Source: Biomphalaria pfeifferi (taxonomy: Eukaryota). From it: a DNA stretch of 64,000 nucleotides. Positions 24,575-36,425 of this stretch are shown here, in pieces. Position 1 is the first letter of the stretch; every line of letters starts with the position of its first letter. The DNA is taken from the NCBI GenBank assembly GCA_030265305.1, contig JASAOG010000079.1, forward strand, positions 365,331 through 429,330, in the 5' to 3' direction. The position numbers and the translations under genes are program-made. The notes beneath the pieces are model-generated. The model searched no databases, had not been told where the DNA came from, and saw nothing but the letters and a program-made list of their open reading frames with translations.

Positions 24575-25752
24575 AAGTAAAGATAATAGTGAACAAATAG
24601 ATGCTATCTTACTAGATTTTTCTAAGGCTTTTGACAAAGTTCACCACCATAGTTGGCTTAAAAAATTAAAATATTTCGGCATTAATGGTCCACTGCATCA
24701 GTGGATTAAAGATTTTCTGATAGAGAGAGAACAAACTGTAATAATAAATGGCTCTAAATCAACACCAATAACAGTAAACTCAGGTGTACCTCAAGGAACA
24801 GTCTTGGGTCCACTACTATTTTTAATTTACATAAATGATTTACCAAATTGCATTAGTTCAGGAACAAAAGTCAGATTATTTGCAGACGATTGCATAATAT
24901 ATAGAACAATAAAAACAAAACAAGACACAGATACTTTACAAAGAGAATTAGATGAATTACAGAAATGGGAATCAAATTGGAGCATGTCTTTCCACCCAGA
25001 AAAATGTCAGTTGTTAAGAGTAACAAAAAAACTAAAACAAATTAATTCCACTTATCTTATTCATGGCAAACCAGTAACACAGACTAAAAACGCAAAATAC
25101 CTAGGTGTTATAATAAATGAAAAACTGTCATGGAATCCACATATTGATGAAACTATAAAAAAATCAAACAAAGCATTAGGATTTATTAAAAGAAATTTCT
25201 ATAAATCAAATAAGAACATAAAACTAAAATGTTATTTAACCTTGGCTAGGCCAATAATAGAATATGCATCCACCGTGTGGGACCCCTCAACTCAAGAAAA
25301 CATTAAGAAACTGGAACAAACACAAAATAGAGTAGTGAGATTCATAACAAACGAATATTCACATTTGACTAGGGTAACACCTATAGTAAAATCACTAAAT
25401 TTAGAAAGCCTTCAGGACAGAAGACTCAAAAGTAAAGTAGCAATTATACATAAAACACTGAACCATAATCTTCAAATACAAAAACAAAATTTAATAAAAT
25501 ACTCTGAAAGACACAAAAATAAAGGCACATTCCTCGTCCCATATGCTAGGACAAATTTGTACAAATACTCCTTCTTCCCTAGTGCTATTAGAGCATGGAA
25601 TGGGTTGCCTGAGCTAGCCAGAAAAACCAGTGACTTGGCAGAATTTAAGTCATTGGTTAATATGCATGACTAAATGCATGACGCGTAGGACGTAATCATC
25701 TTTTTCTTTTGAAGTAATGTCTGTATTATATAAGATAAGATAAGATAAATTG
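24575..25752 (+). mobile_element. LINE family Y, 5'-truncated copy with open RT C-terminal ORF
   Basis: ORF 24804-25673 (LDFSKAFDKV.., FADDCIIY, ..YSFFPSAIRAWNGLPE). Conserved 3' UTR and (TAAGA)n-like tail. Confidence 0.85.
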
Positions 25753-25844
25753 GCTTCAATTCCATTATTCACAAAGAAATTTTTAAGTCTCCACTTTGGA
25801 ATGCATTTCATTCTACCAAGAACCCAAAGTTATCAAAAACTTAC

Positions 25845-26094
25845 CAACGTATGCAAAAATCTTTTTGGAAAGAACCTGGCTTGACATAGGCCTTAGACTG
25901 GACTTCAAAACATGGGCAATCTTTTCTTTTTACACAATGTCCTTCATGGGTCAGCAGATGACCATGTGGGCAAGAACATCCTGGTACAGTTTTATCCGTG
26001 AACATCCTGACAGACAGCTGGGGGTCGAGACAATGAGATAGCCAGACTGGGGTGTGGTCATTGTAATCTAGGTCACCTTGACACGTTTGCATTT
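25845..26094 (-). CDS. mucin/VWF-like gene exon (TIL end + E module)
   Basis: Acceptor tttctttgaaacag and donor gtaagt. Encodes ...GCSCPHGHLLTHEGHCVKRKDCPCFEVQSKAYVKPGSFQKDFCIR. Phase-2 end joins the next exon to give Cys. Upstream exons between 26.1 and 30.4 kb were not resolved. Confidence 0.8.
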
Positions 26095-26117
26095 CTGTTT
26101 CAAAGAAAAAGAAATCA

Positions 26118-26207
26118 AATCAATCAATTCAAATCTATCTATCTATCTATTTTTCTATCCATCTTATCTATCTATCTATCAAATCGATCTGTCTGTCTCT
26201 CTCTCTT

Positions 26208-26257
<50 letters not shown>

Positions 26258-26260
26258 ATT
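26118..26260. repeat. Compound microsatellite (ATCT)n-(TC)n-(TG)n-(AT)17
   Basis: Directly visible. Confidence 0.95.
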
Positions 26261-26271
26261 TCTTATCTTAT

Positions 26272-26352
26272 CATATCTTATCTTATATGATACAGGCTTT
26301 ACTTCAAAAAAGAATATGATTATGTCCTACGCGTCATGCATTTAGTCATGCA
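26272..26352 (-). mobile_element. LINE family Y 3'-terminal fragment (minus)
   Basis: Reverse complement of the conserved 3' UTR with (TCTTA)n tail. Confidence 0.6.
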
Positions 26353-26889
26353 TTTAGTCATGCATATTAATCAATGACCTAAACTCCGCATGAAATAATT
26401 GATCTAAATTAATTAGTCTAATTTACCCATTTTTTTAGTAGGTTTCTGTAGGGTACTCTAATCTATATGCTTAAGGGTAAGTTAACATATATGCTTTAAT
26501 AATGAATATAACAGTGACATAACATGACAAATACGACATGAATGTTATGTTCCAACCTGGAAGAAGGTCTGGTAGCGAGGTGTGTTTCTTCAAGTGTCCA
26601 ATTAGAAAGGAAAATGGTATTTGTAGCGAGTGGGAAAGTTTCAGAAGAGTTGACTGAACTACTGACCATTCCTGACTGACCAGTGCTACTCTGTCCAGGT
26701 TACTGATCGGAATATAAATGTTTTCTAAAATGTCACTCAAACCTGCGAACTAAAGATTAAAGGCAGACAGAAAACTGTCATTAAAATCTTTGATAAGATA
26801 AAATAACTAGAGAAATGAGAGACTAGAATAATCTAAACTTTAAAGTTGACTTCACAAACATTTTTTCCTGTTAATAAAAGAATACAAAT

Positions 26890-27530
26890 ACTGATTTGTG
26901 GCGGCAGAGTGGTAAAGCACTTGGCTTCCGAACCAACAGGTCTCAAGTTTGAATACAGGTAAAATGAGATATGAACTTCGGGATTTTTATGAGGCCCCTA
27001 AGTTCACCCAACTCTATTGATTATGTATAAGGCTTGTCTTCGAGTCCGAAGATTAATGAGGAATACAATATTTCCAGTGGCTGCGCACCCCAGCTGTGAC
27101 CTGCATATTTTGCCACATCCAGGGCAAGCATAACCACTGTCCGCAGGTGGTCGATTTAGATTTCTTTTTCGTCGTCTGCGTTTGTCCTCGGCAGCGGATT
27201 TTCTTTTGGTCTCAAATGTGTATCCCGCGGCCTTCGTGAGTGACCTCCAGCTGTCTCGTTCCAACGCCTCATGCAGCCAGATGCTTTCTTCTATGTCAGC
27301 CAAGGAAAGTTGACGCCTACGCTGGTCTTTGAAACGTTTCCGTGGGGCGCATCTGTTACGTCGACCACCTTTTAGCTCACCAAAAATTATGTAACATAGG
27401 CTGAAAAGCAAATTCTGTTGGTAATTCTACTGGCCACATGATACCTTCGTTAACCGTCAATGACAGAAACATATGAACTTAACATCATCTGCCTTTTTAG
27501 ATCGCAAGGTCTGAAAAGGGAAATCTTTTA
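26890..27530 (+). mobile_element. SINE family A copy interrupted by a nested LINE family X fragment
   Basis: Head gcggcagagtggtaaagcacttggcttccgaacc.. up to ..ttcacccaactctattg. Body resumes at ~27412 ..ctggccacatgataccttcgttaac..atctgcctttttagatcgcaaggtctgaaaagg. Confidence 0.7.
27006..27420 (-). mobile_element. Family X 3' fragment inserted into a SINE-A copy
   Basis: Minus ORF 27004-27411 encodes (RRQLSLADIEESIWLHEALERDSWRSLTK..). Its 3' end aaggcttgtcttcgagtccgaagattaatgagg is the reverse complement of the 3' end seen at 2093-2158. Confidence 0.65.
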
Positions 27531-27639
27531 CAAATACGAGAACATTTGTTTATTTAAATACGTCATGCAGACAGGTGAAAATACGCTTATGTTAAGAGTT
27601 CATTTCATTTTGTTATGTTGACTCTTTCTCTCCTAACTT

Positions 27640-30316
27640 AGAACTTAGACTTAGAAATTTTATTAGAATGTGAGAAACCAGACATAATTGCAGGAAAAGA
27701 AACTTGGCTACATCCTGAAATTTATAATGCAGAAATTTTCAATAGTAATTATGAAATTTTTAGAAAAAATAGGGCTGATAATCATGGAGGAGTTCTTCTA
27801 GTAATAAAAAACACTCTTATAGCAGAAGAAATTACCTTACCTAACTCAAAAAATATAGAATCAACATTTTGTAAAATTAATACCACCTCAACATCCCTAA
27901 TAATAGGCAGCATTTACAGACCACCAAATTCTAGTTTAGAATATATGCAGGAACTATGTAATCAGATTACTACACTTAAAGAGACAAATACAAATGCAGT
28001 TTTTTGGATTATGGGTGATTTCAACCTACCTGATATAAATTGGAAAACACTAACCATAGATAAACACCAAAACCTTAAGGACATAAATGAACTTTTCATA
28101 GAAACTTAACACAACCTAAGTTTAGATCAAATCATTAAAAAGCCAACTAGATTAAACAACACATTAGATCTCTTCTTAACCAAAAGACCTGGATTAGTAG
28201 TTGATTATGATATTATCCCTGGTCTATCAGACCATGAGATCATAGAAATACACAGTCCCAATTCAAAACCCAAAAGAAAAATCTTACTCAGGAATAAATG
28301 TAACCTAACACAACTACACCAAGCTGCATTAAACTTTCAAGAAACATTCTTATTAGAAAAAGACATTAACCAACCAGTTGTTGACCTCTGGAATTTCATT
28401 AAAAACCATCTTAAAAGCATTATAGAAAATCATATACCAACTAAATACATATCAAACATAATAAATAAATGCTGGTTTAATAATAGACTAAAGAAGCTTT
28501 GTAAACAGAAGGAAAACCTATATAGAAAATTTAAAGAAACTAAGGCAGAAAGAGTTTACAAAAAGTATATAAAAATTAAACACTTAACCCAAAAAGTAAG
28601 CAGACAGCTGCAGAGTGAATACATAAACAATGTAATATCTAAAGATAACAACAAAAACCTATGGTCATACATTAAGTCTAAGAAAATGGAAACAACAGGC
28701 ATAGCGCCATTAAAAGATGAACATAACAGAGTACATAATGATAATGAAACTAAAGCAAACATTCTAAACAAATACTTTGCATCAGCATTCTCAGCCCCAG
28801 GAGACAAAGACATATTACTGAATTTGAACCAAGTAGACAACATGGAAGATATAGTAGTACAAGAAAATGGAATTCAAAAACTATTAGCCAACACCAAACC
28901 AAATAAAGCATCTGGACCTGATGGTATTCCAGCTAGATTACTCAAAGAACTAAGCAATGAGCTAGCGCCAGTGTTCAAAATACTCTTTCAGGCTTCACTT
29001 AACCAGGGCAGAGTACCAAAGGACTGGAAAGAAGCTAATGTCACATTTAAAAAAGGAGAAAGATCTGACCCAGGAAACTACAGACCAGTATCACTTACCA
29101 GCATCACATGTAAAATCCTAGAACACATAACATGTTGCAACATCATAAACCACTTAGACAAACAAAATGTCCTCACACCATACCAACATGGCTTTAGGAA
29201 ATATAGATCATGTGAAACACAACTAATAGGATTAATTGATGATTTTTCTAAAGGTTTTGATAATAGTGAACAAATAGATGCATCAGTGGATTAAAGATTT
29301 TCTGATAGGGAGAGAACAAACTGTAATAATAAATGGCTCTAAATCAACACCGATAACAGTAAACTCAGGTGTACCTAAAGGAACAGTCTTGGGTCCACTA
29401 CTATTTTTAATTTACATAAATGATTTACCAAATTGCATTAGTTCAGGAACAAAAGTCAGATTATTTGCAGACGATTGCATAATATATAGAACAATAAAAA
29501 CAAAACAAGACACAGATACTTTACAAAGAGAATTAGATGAATTACAGAAATGGGAATCTAATTGGAGCATGTCTTTCCACCCAGAAAAATGACAGTTGTT
29601 AAGAGTAACAAAAAAACTAAAACAAGTTAATTCCACTTAACTTATTCATGGCAAACCAGTAACACAGACTAAAAACGCAAAATACCTAGGTGTTATAATA
29701 AATGAAAAACTGTCATGGAATCCACATATTGATGAAACTATAAAAAAATCAAACAAAGTATTAGGTTTTATAAAAAGAAATTTCTATAAATCAAATATGA
29801 ACATAAAACTAAAATGTTATTTAACCATGGTTAGGCCAATAATAGAATATGCATCCACCGTGTGGGACCCCTCAACTCAAGAAAACATTAAGAAACTGGA
29901 ACAGACACAAAATAGAGCAGTGAGATTCATAACAAATGAATATTCACATTTGACTAGAGTAACACCTATAGTAAAATCACTAAATTTAGAAAGCCTTCAG
30001 GACAGAAGACTCAAAAGTAAAGTAGCAATTATACATAACACACTGAACCATAATCTTCAAATACAAAAACAAAATTTAATAAAATACTCTGAAAGACACA
30101 AAGATAAAGGCACATTCCTCGTCCCATGTGCTAGGACAAATTTGTAGAAATACTCCTTCTTCCCTAGTGCTATTAGAGCATTGAATGGGTTGCCTGAGCT
30201 AGCCAGGAAAACTAGTGACTTGGCAGAATTTAAGTCATTGGTTAATATGCATGACTAAATGCATGACGCTTAGGACGTAATCATCTTCTTTTTTGAAGTA
30301 ACGTCTTTATTATATA
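27640..30316 (+). mobile_element. APE-type non-LTR retrotransposon (LINE family Y), near full-length degenerate copy (EN + RT)
   Basis: EN motifs (GKETWL, NYEIFRKNR..GGVLLVIKN, IYRPPNS, GDFNLPDINW). RT motifs (DFSKGFD, FADD, VPKGTVLGPLLF). Stops and frameshifts present, plus a ~100-bp internal deletion near 29280 relative to the copy at 24575. 3' end conserved; tail ataagataagataag. Confidence 0.8.
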
Positions 30317-30434
30317 AGATAAGATAAGAACTGACGATACCAACGTTGATTCCACCAGAATGTGGTAAATAATTACGGAGAGAAAGAGCTAAACGACGAT
30401 GTAATCTTTAGTGTCTTTGAGACTTTATGCCTAC

Positions 30435-30602
30435 CTTCTGTTGTCGACCGACTGAGTCGTCAATACTTCTAAATCCAGATCGACCACAAGAGTCCGTAGA
30501 ATAAGCTCCTATATACTTGTCATCAGATTCTGCATCAATCCCAGAGGGCAATAACCTGTCATCGTGAATTTGTCTGTTCATGTTTCCGCACAGACCCCGG
30601 AG
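30435..30602 (-). CDS. mucin/VWF-like gene exon (VWD GLCGN motif)
   Basis: Acceptor tttttttccag and donor gtaggc. Encodes LRGLCGNMNRQIHDDRLLPSGIDAESDDKYIGAYSTDSCGRSGFRSIDDSVGRQQK. Confidence 0.8.
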
Positions 30603-31164
30603 CTGGAAAAAAAAATGTTTTAGACCTTCATTTGAACGAGAATCTAAACGAAATTTAGATTTGTGTAGATTTTCCTTTATATTGTTAATTCATCTTATTG
30701 CAATATTACTTAATAAAAAAATATAATCTGTATAATCCGTGAGGATATACGTACTACACTTAACGATACATGTATTGTCTAAGAGCAACGAAATAATACC
30801 ACACACATAAAATATACGTTCGTATTTGGGTTAATCTTAAACATTACTGTAAAGTTTATATCACAAAGCTACATGTTGCTCAATGATGTCATTTCTGAGA
30901 GAACAAAAGAGTTCTTGTGTTGTTGTTGTTTTTTTTATCTACTATTTATAGAAATGGAAGATTTGGTTGTGCGAAATTCAATAATTTTGAATTTCGCACA
31001 ACCAAATCTTCCACCTATTATCTTCCTCTTATTTATTCCTAGACTCTGTGTGTGAGTTCTCTCCCTTCAACCACCCACGACTGTAAACAATTGTAATTTT
31101 ATAGCTCTTTCAAATCTCCACTACATAAAATCAAATCACATCATACCACTCTGCCTTCAGTTCT

Positions 31165-31640
31165 TCAATGTCGAATGAAGGATTTGGGGGCGGGGGGGGG
31201 GGGGGGGGTCCAAATTCGAAACTCCTCCCGGGCCCCCGAATGAATAACCTAATTTTTTAACATTAAATATATAATATTACGCCGCTGCCATGTAATCTTG
31301 CTATTTATGTGGAGTCATAAAGTACTAGACAGCGCTGATCTTGATGTTGTAGATGCCGTTGCTGCACTGAAAGCACGACGTGAGGCGATATGAATTAATT
31401 TTGGTATTATCTCGCCAATAAACAACGGTATTATGCAATAAAAGAGCCTTACTGTCTATTTTTGGTTATTAATTTTACTTAAATTTAGACATATATTTAT
31501 TAAGAACATTTTCTCATGTCATGTTGTTAAATGTCAAAAATGCAGGGGCCCTGAAAAGGTCAAGCCCCCCGGGCTCCCAAATCCCTAGCTACACCACTGC
31601 AGTTCTTGGGTTTACAACAAAGAATTTATTTCCCCCCCCC
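31165..31640. mobile_element. Candidate MITE-like inverted-repeat element
   Basis: ggatttgggggcgggggggg at the left end and ccccccgggctcccaaatcc at the right end form ~20-bp imperfect TIRs including a poly-G tract. Interior is AT-rich. No clean TSD found. Confidence 0.3.
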
Positions 31641-32087
31641 CCATACACATAACCACACGCACATATTAAGAACCACAATGTTTATTTACTTATTTTATTA
31701 TTATATCATTTATTTTTCTATATTTCCAAATCATTCTGTTATAAATTTAAAAAAAAAATTAGCCTTACAAAGAAAATGGAATACTATATACTAACAAGAA
31801 ACTAGAGCTCGGTGTCGCACCTATAGAGATAATAATGAACGCGAAAGTGATTATGACGTGATCATATTAGAGAAAAAGTTAGCGTAGTAACTACAGAACA
31901 AGCCAACAGTGCCAAGAGTTCACGCTGACAACATCGTCGCATTAACAGAAGACCTAGACCAACATGCACTATTACTATTTTGCTTCCTCCCCCTTTCCTA
32001 CTAAATATTTCGTCCTCCCAACCCCTCCCTTTTTGACCAGATAACGGTCTGTACAAAACTGCTTTAACCTTAACTAGTTGTACAGTA

Positions 32088-32232
32088 TCTTATCTTATAT
32101 AATACAGACGTTACTTCAAAAAAAAAAAAAAGAAGATGATTACGTCCTACGTCATGCATATTAGCCAATGACTTAAATTCTGCCAAGTCACTGGTCTTCC
32201 TGGCTAGCTCAGGCAACCCCATTCCATGCTGT
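32088..32232 (-). mobile_element. LINE family Y 3'-terminal fragment (minus)
   Basis: Reverse complement of the 3' UTR plus tail atcttatcttatat. Confidence 0.6.
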
Positions 32233-32337
32233 AACATCTAACACATCAAACACCTTACCTAGTTGTACAGTTTGTAGACCACTATAACATCAAACACCAT
32301 TAGCATAAAACTGCAAATATAAATGAGTACATCTTAC

Positions 32338-32649
32338 CGAGCCTGCTTCATAGAATGACTCCCAGGTCGCGACCACTAAGTAGTTCAGATTAAACAGAAG
32401 AATTCGAAACTCAAAAGCGTCTATTGCGATACTGGATGACGTGGGGGTCCGAATATAAACAAACTCGTTCGTATAAGGAAGCCGGACGCTGCTATTGCTC
32501 TTAAGGTCCAGCACCTTATAAAAGCTGGAGTTTTGGAAGATGACCACAAAGTGGACTTTGTCCCCCTTGAGCTCAACTCCTAGAGGTGTTAGAGTAGAAG
32601 GAGTCAGAGGGGACTTCTGAGAAATCATGTTTATCTGTAAATCATTTTT
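32338..32649 (-). CDS. mucin/VWF-like gene exon (VWD core)
   Basis: Acceptor ttccccag and donor gtaaga. 104 codons, phase 0 to phase 0. Encodes KNDLQINMISQ...FEFRILLFNLNYLVVATWESFYEAGS. Confidence 0.8.
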
Positions 32650-32699
32650 CTGGGGAAGTAAACAGAACAGATTGATATCAACCAAATCAAAATAAATCA

Positions 32700-32790
32700 A
32701 CATCTATCAATTTATCAATCAATTTATCTATCTATCTATCTCTCTGTCTGCCAGTCTGTCTGTCTGTCTGGCTAGCTAGTTATCTATCTG
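32700..32790. repeat. Compound microsatellite (ATCT)n/(GTCT)n
   Basis: Directly visible. Confidence 0.9.
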
Positions 32791-32910
32791 TTATAACATA
32801 TAGTTATTTATTCTAAGGTACAATTAATTGTTTTAAAGTCTGTATAATTCAATAATTATACGCTACCAAGATTGACACATTTTAAACTCTATTAAAAAGT
32901 TACAACTTAC

Positions 32911-33070
32911 TTGGTGGGCTACTAAAGTAAAAAGACAAGTTGTATCGTCTGAGGACAGAAAAAAATCCTGGCGGTCAAAGGTCGTCAAGATGCCAGGCCC
33001 GTACACAGAGCAGGAGGCATAACAGTTGTTGGATTTAACGCAGGTCCATAAACCACTTGCTGCACAAGTA
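32911..33070 (-). CDS. mucin/VWF-like gene exon (E module end / VWD N-terminus)
   Basis: Acceptor atcttcag and donor gtaagt. Encodes (C)TCAASGLWTCVKSNNCYASCSVYGPGILTTFDRQDFFLSSDDTTCLFTLVAHQ (TFDG-like VWD start). Confidence 0.8.
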
Positions 33071-34590
33071 CTGAAGATAATATAGAAACAAATTCATAAA
33101 AACAAATGATATGAAACAATATATTGCTAGTTTTCATTAAGTACAATGTAATTGTAGACCATAAGTTATTACTGAAGATAAAAGAGGTGAACATGGATTG
33201 AACTAAATCTAATGTACAGTTAGGCTACTATTGAAATAAACTCAACATCGTCATTGGATTCTATGACGTATCACATTTTTTGTCGTCATTACATGAATTG
33301 AAAACAACATTCATAAAGTTTTGCAAAAGTTATATCAGTTTGCTTGGACTGTCTGCGCCAGATTTTGTACACGTTATTTCTCCAACTTCTAAATCTCGGA
33401 TCAAGATGAAACTTTGCACAATTATTATTTGCCCGCAACAAAACGTTAATAAATCGAAAAATTCACCAAATATTTTATCAATTAGTAGTTATTAATTAAT
33501 TTTGTTTTTAATAATAATAATAATCTTTATTATCCGTATGGAAATTTGTCTTACAATTTGTGCATTACACTCATAATTTACATGTGACAAAGTTTATACC
33601 AGATTGTTCTTATTTAATGATTTCATTGCCAGGGGAACAAAAGAGTGTTTGTGTCTGTTTGTCTTTGCTATCGGTGTCTTGTATCTCTTTTGTGATGGTA
33701 AAATCACAAAATCCTGACGTAAAGGGTGATTCTTTATTTCGATGATCTTGTTAGCTTTTTTTATAGATGTTTGTCTCAAACAACTGCCCAAATGGGGTTT
33801 GTTTGTTTGTTTTTATATAGAATACATAGAAAACAAAACAAACCAGGCCAGAGAATAATTTTTTTAAAGAGAATTAGATGTTAAGAATTGAAAGATAGCC
33901 AGAGGAAAACAATTAAATGTTAATGTTAATAATATATCAAAGACTGTCAGTTTATTAATTCTAAGGAAAAGTTTGAATAGAATTTGTTAATTAACTTTTT
34001 CTTAATCACTATTTTCACAAATGATTTCTTTTCAACAAAACCACTTGACTGCTTGCAACGAGAGACAAAAATTAATTATAACTAATTAACAATAAAGTAT
34101 ATTGCAAATGACAATACTACCGTACCCTGGGGCAGAATTTTGTGGAGGATCCTAAACTTTTTTGATAGCTTTAATAAAAATTCACTTTTTAACCCTTTAA
34201 AGGCTGAGCTGTTTTAATTACAATTGTGTTGTTTAGAGGATAAACTACCACACGCGTTTTAAGGGTTAACACTTATTAAAACGTTGGTGAAAAAAAAAGC
34301 AAAAGCTGATAAATTGTGTACATTTTGAGACTTTAAATCTTTTAAATGGAGGCCTTCTTTTAGTGGAGACCAAGGGGCTGTAGCCTTCGCCTGCACTGCC
34401 TTAAATCCGGCCCTGTGTAACAGTTTCCATTAACTAAATATAAAGTTTGCCTGTTTTATAGCTTTGCAATCGCAGGGTTTGGATATTCAAATAATAATAG
34501 TTACATTTCTAAGAAAAAAAGCTAAAATTAAATGCCCGATAAATTTTTCAATCCACACAGTACAAAAAGTAGCTATCACACTGAACTCAC

Positions 34591-34840
34591 CAAACTTGGC
34601 ATGTATCCAGGAGATGGATTCGTTCGTTATGTTTGTAGTACCTGCCGTGTTGGGAACACGGGCACTCGGAAGGCGTAACGCAGCTCTTGTTATAGTACAG
34701 TAGACCGTCGGGACAATGACAGCCGGAAATACAGGTAGCTTGTTGCCCAAGACAACCTGGGGGGGATTGTGTTCGACCGCAAGCTGGACGCTGGGAAGGT
34801 CCGCAGTCACTGTAGACCATATTGGCAGGGCACTTCATAT
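34591..34840 (-). CDS. mucin/VWF-like gene exon (TIL domain + start of E module)
   Basis: Acceptor ttttcttacacctatag and donor gtgagt. Encodes MKCPANMVYSDCGPSQRPACGRTQSPPGCLGQQATCISGCHCPDGLLYYNKSCVTPSECPCSQHGRYYKHNERIHLLDTCQV. Phase-2 end completes a Cys codon with the next exon. Confidence 0.85.
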
Positions 34841-34970
34841 CTATAGGTGTAAGAAAACATTAGGTTAGAGAAGGGAAAACTGGACTCTGGGAAGGTCGGC
34901 AGTCACTGTAGACCATATTGGCAGAGCACTTCATATCTATAGGTGTAAGAACACATTAGGTTAGAGAAAG
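34786..34970. repeat. ~90-bp tandem duplication spanning the acceptor and 5' end of TIL exon 34591-34840
   Basis: 34786-34870 and 34876-34970 are ~90% identical. Both contain ctataggtgtaag and the antisense of atatgaagtgc(c/t)ctgccaatatggtctacagtgactgc. Confidence 0.85.
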
Positions 34971-35220
34971 GAAATATTCTACTAAATAATGACTAGCGAA
35001 CGGTTTGTATGTCAACAACTTATTGTTGGTTAGATAATGTAAAATGACACTATCTCTATCTGTTGTATATTAGTTACACTGAGAATAAAGAGGGAAAATG
35101 AATACTTTGATTTGTTATAAACAAAAGCGAAAAAAAAATTTGTTACATGATTTAATTTTGGTAATTTTTATATATAAAGCTAAAGAGGTTTAAAGGTGGA
35201 CCAAAAGAGGACTTTCTTAC

Positions 35221-35377
35221 CACACCCAGACTTCACTCTCCACGAAAGAACTATATTCTCCATCAGACAAGCGCTGACATAAGCAGCCATTGCTTGACAT
35301 CTCGTGACATTCTTTGTTGACACTGGCATTAAACAAAATGTGTCCATGCAGTATTCGATATAAGGTTTGACATCGAC
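35221..35377 (-). CDS. mucin/VWF-like gene exon (C8 domain)
   Basis: Acceptor attttag and donor gtaaga. Encodes VDVKPYIEYCMDTFCLMPVSTKNVTRCQAMAAYVSACLMENIVLSWRVKSGC. Ends phase 1; joins next exon as ...SGC-D-MKCP. Confidence 0.8.
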
Positions 35378-36264
35378 CTAAAATACATCATCAAATATCA
35401 TATCAAATTGAATCAGCGACAAAACTCTTAAAGTCATTAAATACCGACATTGCCTGAAAATTATATAACTATAATTTAAACTTCATTAAATTATGTGAAA
35501 GAGGTAACTCTGGACAAAAAAGTGTAATTTTTTCCATCAATGGAATGCATTTAACAGTGTATTTCATCGTGTGTACATGTCTGTTGTATGCTAAAGTTTT
35601 AATTTTACCGTATTACTTGTTTAAAGACATATGGAGTCTTGACTTTTTATAAATATTCATTTAATAAGTATTTTTTTTTATTAATGCAATCAAATATTTT
35701 AATGCCTATATTGTTCTTAATCTCTTTTACTTTTAAATATTGGTTTCATCCTTTATTTCTATTTCATATCGACTGGAATGTGGGAAGCGTGGTCGAGAGG
35801 TTAAGTGCTTGAACTTGGCTTGGCTACCTAGAAGGGGGCTCGAGATTCGACATCCGACTCGGGCAAAGTTGTGTTTACTGATCTCCTAAAGGAAAACCAA
35901 CTGCTGGTTACCCCCTACCCCCCCCCCCCCCCCCAGTGGTCCACAAATGAGATTGGACCAAAGCGCTCTGAGCATGCTATAAGCATGAAAGTAGCGCTAT
36001 ATAAAAGCTATAGTAATAATTATTATTTCGAAATATTTCTTTACATTCAAATTAGTATTACTCCCCTTTCATTCTATTGTCTGGTGTAGCTACTTCCCTT
36101 TCTTTCTATATCTTCTGAAAATTTTCATCACACATTCAGTCAAAAATTCTTAAAAAAAAAAATAAATAAACATCTACATTTAAAAACTAAGAAAGTTGAA
36201 CAGAATCTATTCATCCCTTTTATTTACGTGTACCAGATCTAGCTGTTCTACTACTAGCACTAGT

Positions 36265-36425
36265 TGGATGGCTGCCTGGTCGTGCTGTTTGCGCGCTGGA
36301 CTGTCGTTCAGATTTATCGATGGTCCAGGGTTCAAACCCTGCCCGCTCCCATCCCCCGTCGTCCTGCGGGAGGTTTGGACTAGGAAGTAATTATCTTCAA
36401 CTCTGAAGGAACATCCGAAACATGT
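36265..36425 (+). mobile_element. SINE family B copy
   Basis: Near-identical to 23745-23915 (ggatggctgcctggtcgtgctgtttgcgcgctggactgtcgttcagatttatcgatggtccagggttcaaaccctgcccgctcccatcccccgtcgtcctgcgggaggtttggactaggaagtaa..). Confidence 0.7.

Noticed and set aside
29270-29290. Apparent tandem duplication of the DFSKxFD RT motif in LINE copy 27640-30316
   Set aside because: Comparison with copy 24575-25752 shows the natural sequence is ..LIDDFSKGFDNSEQIDAILLDFSKAFDKVHH. The copy at 29280 simply carries a ~100-bp deletion.
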